In this document: in pieces, positions 58,978-64,000 of the stretch
Numbering within the stretch: the first letter of the stretch is position 1
Layout of the letters: each line of letters opens with the position of its first letter
Origin: Dimorphilus gyrociliatus
Taxonomy: Eukaryota; Animalia; Annelida
Length of the DNA: 64,000 nt
Reading direction: 5' to 3'
Assembly: GCA_904063045.1 (NCBI GenBank)
Contig: CAJFCJ010000019.1
Location: 2,672,684 to 2,736,683 of the forward strand
Position numbers and translations under genes: made by a program
The notes under the pieces: model-generated
Told to the model about the DNA's origin: nothing
Seen by the model: only the letters and a program-made list of their open reading frames with translations
The model's database searches: none

Positions 58978-61912
58978 ATGATGCGCAGATGGCTTGTTAC
59001 CTATCTAGCGCTTTCTGCCATGCTTCTGGATTACATGTCAACATCGAAAGTAAATGGAGAGAAAAGAGAGCATACCTATCCGAAAAAGCCCCTAAATGCA
59101 AAGAGATTACACAAAGTTCATAGGTACGAACGACATGAGCATAATATAAGTTCGAGAACCCTTAATAGAAAAGGTTTCAATCATCCGTTACTCTTGTTCG
59201 ATTCAAAGCACTTAAAGAACATAAAGCAGAACTGGTTTACACTATCGCCCAATATTCTCTCTCAAATTGAATATATTTTCAACCGTGACAAGTCATTTGC
59301 CGTACCAAAAGATAATAAAATATTCCTGACGAAACACGGAATCTCCCTAGGTTCGAATCTTCCATTAATAACGCTCTACTGCCGAATAAGTAATGATAAA
59401 AAATGCAAAAAAAAAATAATAAAAATTATGGATAAAGTTTTAAAACAAAAGTCATGGAACAATGAAAGATATACAAGCGATACAGTCCTATCCTCCATGA
59501 TAACCGGTTTTACCGTTTCTCTAGATATTATAATGGAATCTCTAAGCCAAACCAGAATAAATAATTATTTTAAAAAGTTAACCTTTGAAACTAATAGATT
59601 GTATAAAAATTCAAAAAAGAATTGGTGGGGTAAAAATCATCTACACGAGACGAGTGTTAATAATCATCTTGCTATGTTTATATCCGGTGTTCTATGTAAA
59701 ACTCATGGAGTGAAGGCTTCGAATGACTGGATTAATTCAGGGGGCCAGTTTCTGGATAATTTGCTGCATACAGTAAATGAAGTTAAAGATGGTTCCTTTC
59801 CTTCTTCAATTATGGAAAGTCAAATTGCATCCTTGCCGTTAATGATTTATGCAAACTTAGTTGATAGACACTATAAAATACCAGTTAACTCTCATCATTG
59901 GTTCTATGGTAACCTAGTTTTTGCTATGCATGAAATATTACCACATTTTTCATTACCTAACGGGCCTCTTGATAGTCATCATAGGTGGCTATTTGGGCCG
60001 GAAGCTCAATTAGCTTTTTTAGATAAATATGCTGTAAAAGATGGGCGTGCAACGTGGATTCTATCAAAAATTATGGAAAGTCCCACCTACAAACATATTA
60101 TAGAGCTTAGAAAAAGCAACTCAAAATACCCGTCTCTATTCTATTATTTAATTTGGAGAAATGCTAGTCTTGTATCCAGAAGACCCAGATTCACTTCAGG
60201 GTTATTTCATCTTCCGGATTCAGGATTAGTTCGCTACAGAGATATAAATTGGGATTTATCATTAAGAGCATCTCGTCCTTATGGATTAACAATAGAATCG
60301 ATGATAAATAGAGGTTTGTCCGGTATCCATTGGTCGAATTTAATGCCTGTTGATGATCCACCTTTCCAGGCTGGTATCAGTTTAATAATGAAAGGAATAC
60401 CAGTATTTACACCAATTCCGGGAGCCTCTTTTTCCAGTCTGCATAATACCATTACGTTTCGGGCGGTGCGCACAAAGTGGAAAGGTTGTCTTGCCCCATG
60501 GTTTGGACAATTGGGTGAATGCGCAGAAAGACGTCCTTTGGGAGCCAAAGCGGATGTACTTACGGCCTCCAGAACAGTTGACGGCTTCACATTACTGGCA
60601 GTTGACGCCATGCACTCTTATCCTACTTTCCTTAAATTAAAAAGCGTTCAACGTCGAGTTTTAATAATGGGAGATGATATGCTATTAATAGTTGATCATA
60701 TACACGCTAATAAACATACACCTATTGATAAAGCTTCGTCGTGTCTTATAAATTTCTACTTTCCATGGAAGTCGCTTAAAACTAGAACAGGATTTTCAAC
60801 TCATTATCTGAATACGCCTGGAGGAAAAATCTTTGTAAAGGTGACGTCTTTGAGTACTAACAGTAAACACATTCATACAAATGTTATTAACGCCACTGTT
60901 AAAGGAAAGAATGGAGAATCCATAGATATTAGCACGTTAAATGTCACATTCAATTTAGAAAATGACTTAAACACTCTTGTATACATAATCGGAGCACCAG
61001 GAGTTGAAATTTCATCTAATCAAATGGGAATGTCAAAGCAAAAAGATTCGTTCTTTCTTATTCTTGAAACACAAAATAAGGCAAGATTTTCTTATTTATG
61101 AATAATTAAAAATTAGTCAGAATTTAGAGAAATATCAACACAAAATTTATTCTTTATTAACATAAAATCAAGTTAATAGATCTAAAGAGTCAAATGAAGT
61201 AGGATTTTAATTAAATTAAGAGAAACGGAAGTTACAAACAACAAGTAGAAATAGATAATAATAATAATAATAAAAATAAAGAAAATCTTGCCTTTGAAAG
61301 ATTCAAGAAGTGATTATGAAATATGGCGGTCCTCTCGGATGTGAAATAAATGATAAAATTACAAATAAAACTGTACGATTTGACGCTATACCTCACGTAA
61401 GAAATTTTCATACATTTGGACCTTTAAAGCGAGTTAGTGGTAAATCTAATCCACTTTATAGCATGAATATGGGAGTTAGAAACTTTGGAAAATCTTTTAG
61501 GCAATTTAAAAATGTATCTTATGAATTTCGTTCAGACGGTTTCGCCGAGGTTGATAAACTTGAGGAGGTAGAAGAGCTAATTCCAACAGTTTCCAATTAT
61601 AATATAACAACTGGAGAACTAACAACAGTAACCGATGCACCAAGAAATGTAACTGTGCAATGGAATATACGGGCATTTAATCGTCTTGAAAAGGATTTGT
61701 TGTACCGCATTCATTCTTCACCAAAATATGTATATAAGGAGAATGAAGCACTAGATATCAATAACATTCAAATGGATCATGATTATCCAATCTTGACATG
61801 TATTCTTGTTACTTGTTCTATGATATTATTTTCTTTTGTACTTTGTAAGCTGTTTGTCTTCAAATGTGTTCGAGGATTCCTAAGGAATATGTTTTTCAAG
61901 GAATATAATTGA
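58978..61912 (+). CDS. DSE-like: Dermatan sulfate epimerase-like protein (about 904 aa, 2 exons joined by a GC-AG intron), probably catalytically inactive
   Basis: Exons 58978-61080 and 61301-61912. N-terminal signal/anchor; FGPEAQLAFLDKY...GRATW and CLAPWFGQL.EC match DSE-family motifs; C-terminal TM helix ILTCILVTCSMILFSFVLCKLFVF. Confidence 0.82.
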
Positions 61913-62601
61913 CAATGATTTTTTTTTTTCAAATATCGCCATTAATTTGTTAGTTTATTGAGTTAATATGTCTGTAAGTAGCAGATATAGTAGGGTATAA
62001 TTGATGTAAAATTACATGTTTTCTTTCTGAGAAATGAGTTATTTTCAGATGATTTATTCGCTTTCATTAGAAAAGTACAATATTGCGCTTTAATTAGGCG
62101 TGTCATGCTAAATTATAATATCTATTACACCATATGTCAACGACTTAAGTAGACTTTTTATAGCGTGTGAATAAGGCATTTTATAACCTGGCCTTCTATT
62201 ATATAATGATGCTTAACAAACTTAATAGTTAGTATTATTTTTATTCTTTCATTCTATACAGATTATTAAAGAAATGTAAAATTTAGCTGGAATTGAATAT
62301 AAAAGATTTATTAATAGATCGAAAATATTTTGGTTTCAAAGAGAAAATGGTAGAGTTCCATTGATAGAAAAACAATATATTATAGTAGAAAAATCGCATA
62401 ATAGACTTAATATTCATACAAAAAAAAATCCTAAATGAAAAGCGAATTATTAATTGGCGGTAAGGAACACGACCAAGCCATTAACGTCGCTTGAAACGAT
62501 TCGACTAGCTATAGGAAATGATCCATTGATTTCTAGGAGCGCTTTAAAAAGGCGATTTTTTTCTGCGCGGTGTGTCACTTCCAGCGATCTCGTAGTTCAA
62601 T

Positions 62602-64000
62602 ATGCTCCGAGGACAAACACTTCAGGAAGAGCTCTCTAATCCTGTTCGATTGTTAAAAAGTTTAGCAGATACATCTCCAGATCGAATATCTTTAATTGGA
62701 TTACACCAAAGAATATCCTATTCGGAATTATTTACGAATGCTTTAAATCTATCGGAATATTTACAAACATATAACTGTAACCAAAAAGTTATTGGTATTG
62801 TTATGGAATCCTCAATTGAGCGAATTGTGGCAATAATTGCTGTTTGGATAAAGAAGTGTATAGTGTTGGCTTTCGATCCTCAAATACAACCAGAATCTTT
62901 TATTATTGAAAGAATAAAGGAAAATAATGTTGATTTAGTAATTTCAAACTGTAACGCAAGAAATCATTTCGCTCCAATAGTTATAAATTATAAAGAAGCC
63001 ATGAATTCTATTCCTATGACACGAACGATAAATTTAAACGATTTATCATCAGGCGATGTTTTATGCATATTATACACATCCGGATCAGAGGGGAAACCAA
63101 AAAAGATCGAATTGAGAAGCGAATCGTTAATTGTCCGTCTAGTATGGCAATGGCAAACGTTGCCTTGGCAAAAGAAGGAAATCGCTTTGCATAAAACGAG
63201 TATTCTTTTCGTTGATTCATGGACGGAAGTATGGGGAGCAATTCTCAAAGGTGTTCCATTAGTTATTGCTAGTGAACAACAAAAGATGGACGTCAACTCC
63301 TTATTGAATTTAATCGATAGTTTTAAAATTACTCGAATAGTTTTAGTACCCAGTGTTTTAGACCTTCTCTTGCAAAGTGGTAGAAGTTTACCAAACTTAC
63401 AAACAATAATATCATCGGGTGAAAAACTTCCATTAAAATTAGCAACTGATTGCTTAAAGTTTTGGAATGATAAGCTATTGGTAAACCTCTACGGAATGAC
63501 TGAAGTAACTGGAGATGTAACTTTTGAAGTTTTTAGATCAATTCCAGATTTGAATTCGAAAATTTATAATTGCGCTCCGTCAGTTGGTCAACCTGTATTT
63601 AATACTAATATATACATTGTTAAGGAAAATCGAATTTGTAATGAGAGAGAAATTGGTGAAATTTGCATTAGTGGAGATTTACTAGTTACTGCCAACGTTA
63701 CTGATAATAAATATTCGAACGAAGGAAAGCATAGTCGAATATTTTATACTGGAGATCATGGTCTTATAAGAGAAGGACGAGTTTATGTTTTGGGTAGAAA
63801 AGACGACGAATTAAAGTTAGCCGGTGCTAGAGTTCAACCCAGTCAAGTTAGCGAAGAACTGCTAAAAATGCCTGCTATAAGCGAAGCATTCGCTATGGGC
63901 CTAGATAATCGTTTAATCCTTTACTATACATCCGATAACAGCATTACGAATGAAGATGCAGAGAATTTCTTAATCGAACGTCTCCCAAGTTATATGGTTC
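62602..64000 (+). CDS. ebony-like: Ebony-like NRPS adenylation domain (beta-alanyl-amine synthetase family), truncated by the window end
   Basis: Open frame from ATG 62602 to the end of the window. Motifs LYTSGSEGKPK, RLVWQW, KTSILFVDSWTEVWG, RIVLVPS, SSGEKL, NLYGMTEVTGDVT, YTGD, GRKDDELKLAG.RV, LPSYMV are collinear with Drosophila Ebony. Confidence 0.88.
   Translation, partial: MLRGQTLQEELSNPVRLLKSLADTSPDRISLIGLHQRISYSELFTNALNLSEYLQTYNCNQKVIGIVMESSIERIVAIIAVWIKKCIVLAFDPQIQPESFIIERIKENNVDLVISNCNARNHFAPIVINYKEAMNSIPMTRTINLNDLSSGDVLCILYTSGSEGKPKKIELRSESLIVRLVWQWQTLPWQKKEIALHKTSILFVDSWTEVWGAILKGVPLVIASEQQKMDVNSLLNLIDSFKITRIVLVPSVLDLLLQSGRSLPNLQTIISSGEKLPLKLATDCLKFWNDKLLVNLYGMTEVTGDVTFEVFRSIPDLNSKIYNCAPSVGQPVFNTNIYIVKENRICNEREIGEICISGDLLVTANVTDNKYSNEGKHSRIFYTGDHGLIREGRVYVLGRKDDELKLAGARVQPSQVSEELLKMPAISEAFAMGLDNRLILYYTSDNSITNEDAENFLIERLPSYMV

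Noticed and set aside
1-64000. CRISPR arrays, rRNA, tRNA, snRNA and known conserved miRNAs
   Set aside because: No regularly spaced direct repeats, cloverleafs or recognisable conserved RNA sequences were seen by eye; tRNAscan-SE and Infernal/Rfam would be needed to exclude them formally.

Overview
Eukaryotic (animal) genomic DNA, about 70-75% AT, rich in (TA)n and (CT)n microsatellites, with short introns (mostly 47-110 nt) and many intron-less or intron-poor genes. The mollusc/annelid-type troponin C and the compact architecture point to a small-genome lophotrochozoan; the annelid Dimorphilus gyrociliatus would fit, but this is an unverified inference. I found no rRNA, tRNA or CRISPR array. 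Well-supported genes in order: FoxB (-), troponin C (+, 5 exons), a ~22-repeat ankyrin-only protein (-, 6 exons), a stargazin/TARP (CACNG) subunit (+, 4 exons), an adhesion GPCR (+; EGF-like, pentraxin, HRM, GAIN, 7TM), an orphan class A GPCR (+), a divergent forkhead gene (-, 2 exons), a galanin/allatostatin-A-type receptor (+), a CYP2-clan P450 (+), an SK/KCNN channel (+, intron-less), a dermatan sulfate epimerase-like protein (+, joined by a GC-AG intron) and an Ebony-like NRPS adenylation domain running off the right edge (absent from the ORF track). Most interesting points: (1) a spliced, signal-peptide- and KR-bearing prepropeptide-like gene with an upstream CRE, hidden in the apparent gene desert at 30.7-33.2 kb; (2) the Ebony-like NRPS with a beta-alanine specificity code; (3) a DSE homolog lacking all three catalytic residues; (4) a P450 whose I-helix AGxET is replaced by DNPTS; (5) an adhesion GPCR with a predicted non-cleavable GPS; (6) CTCF-like motifs recurring at gene boundaries, plus shared NRF-1 and Zic-like motifs around FoxB. 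All exon models and alignments were made by eye, and reference motifs are recalled from memory.
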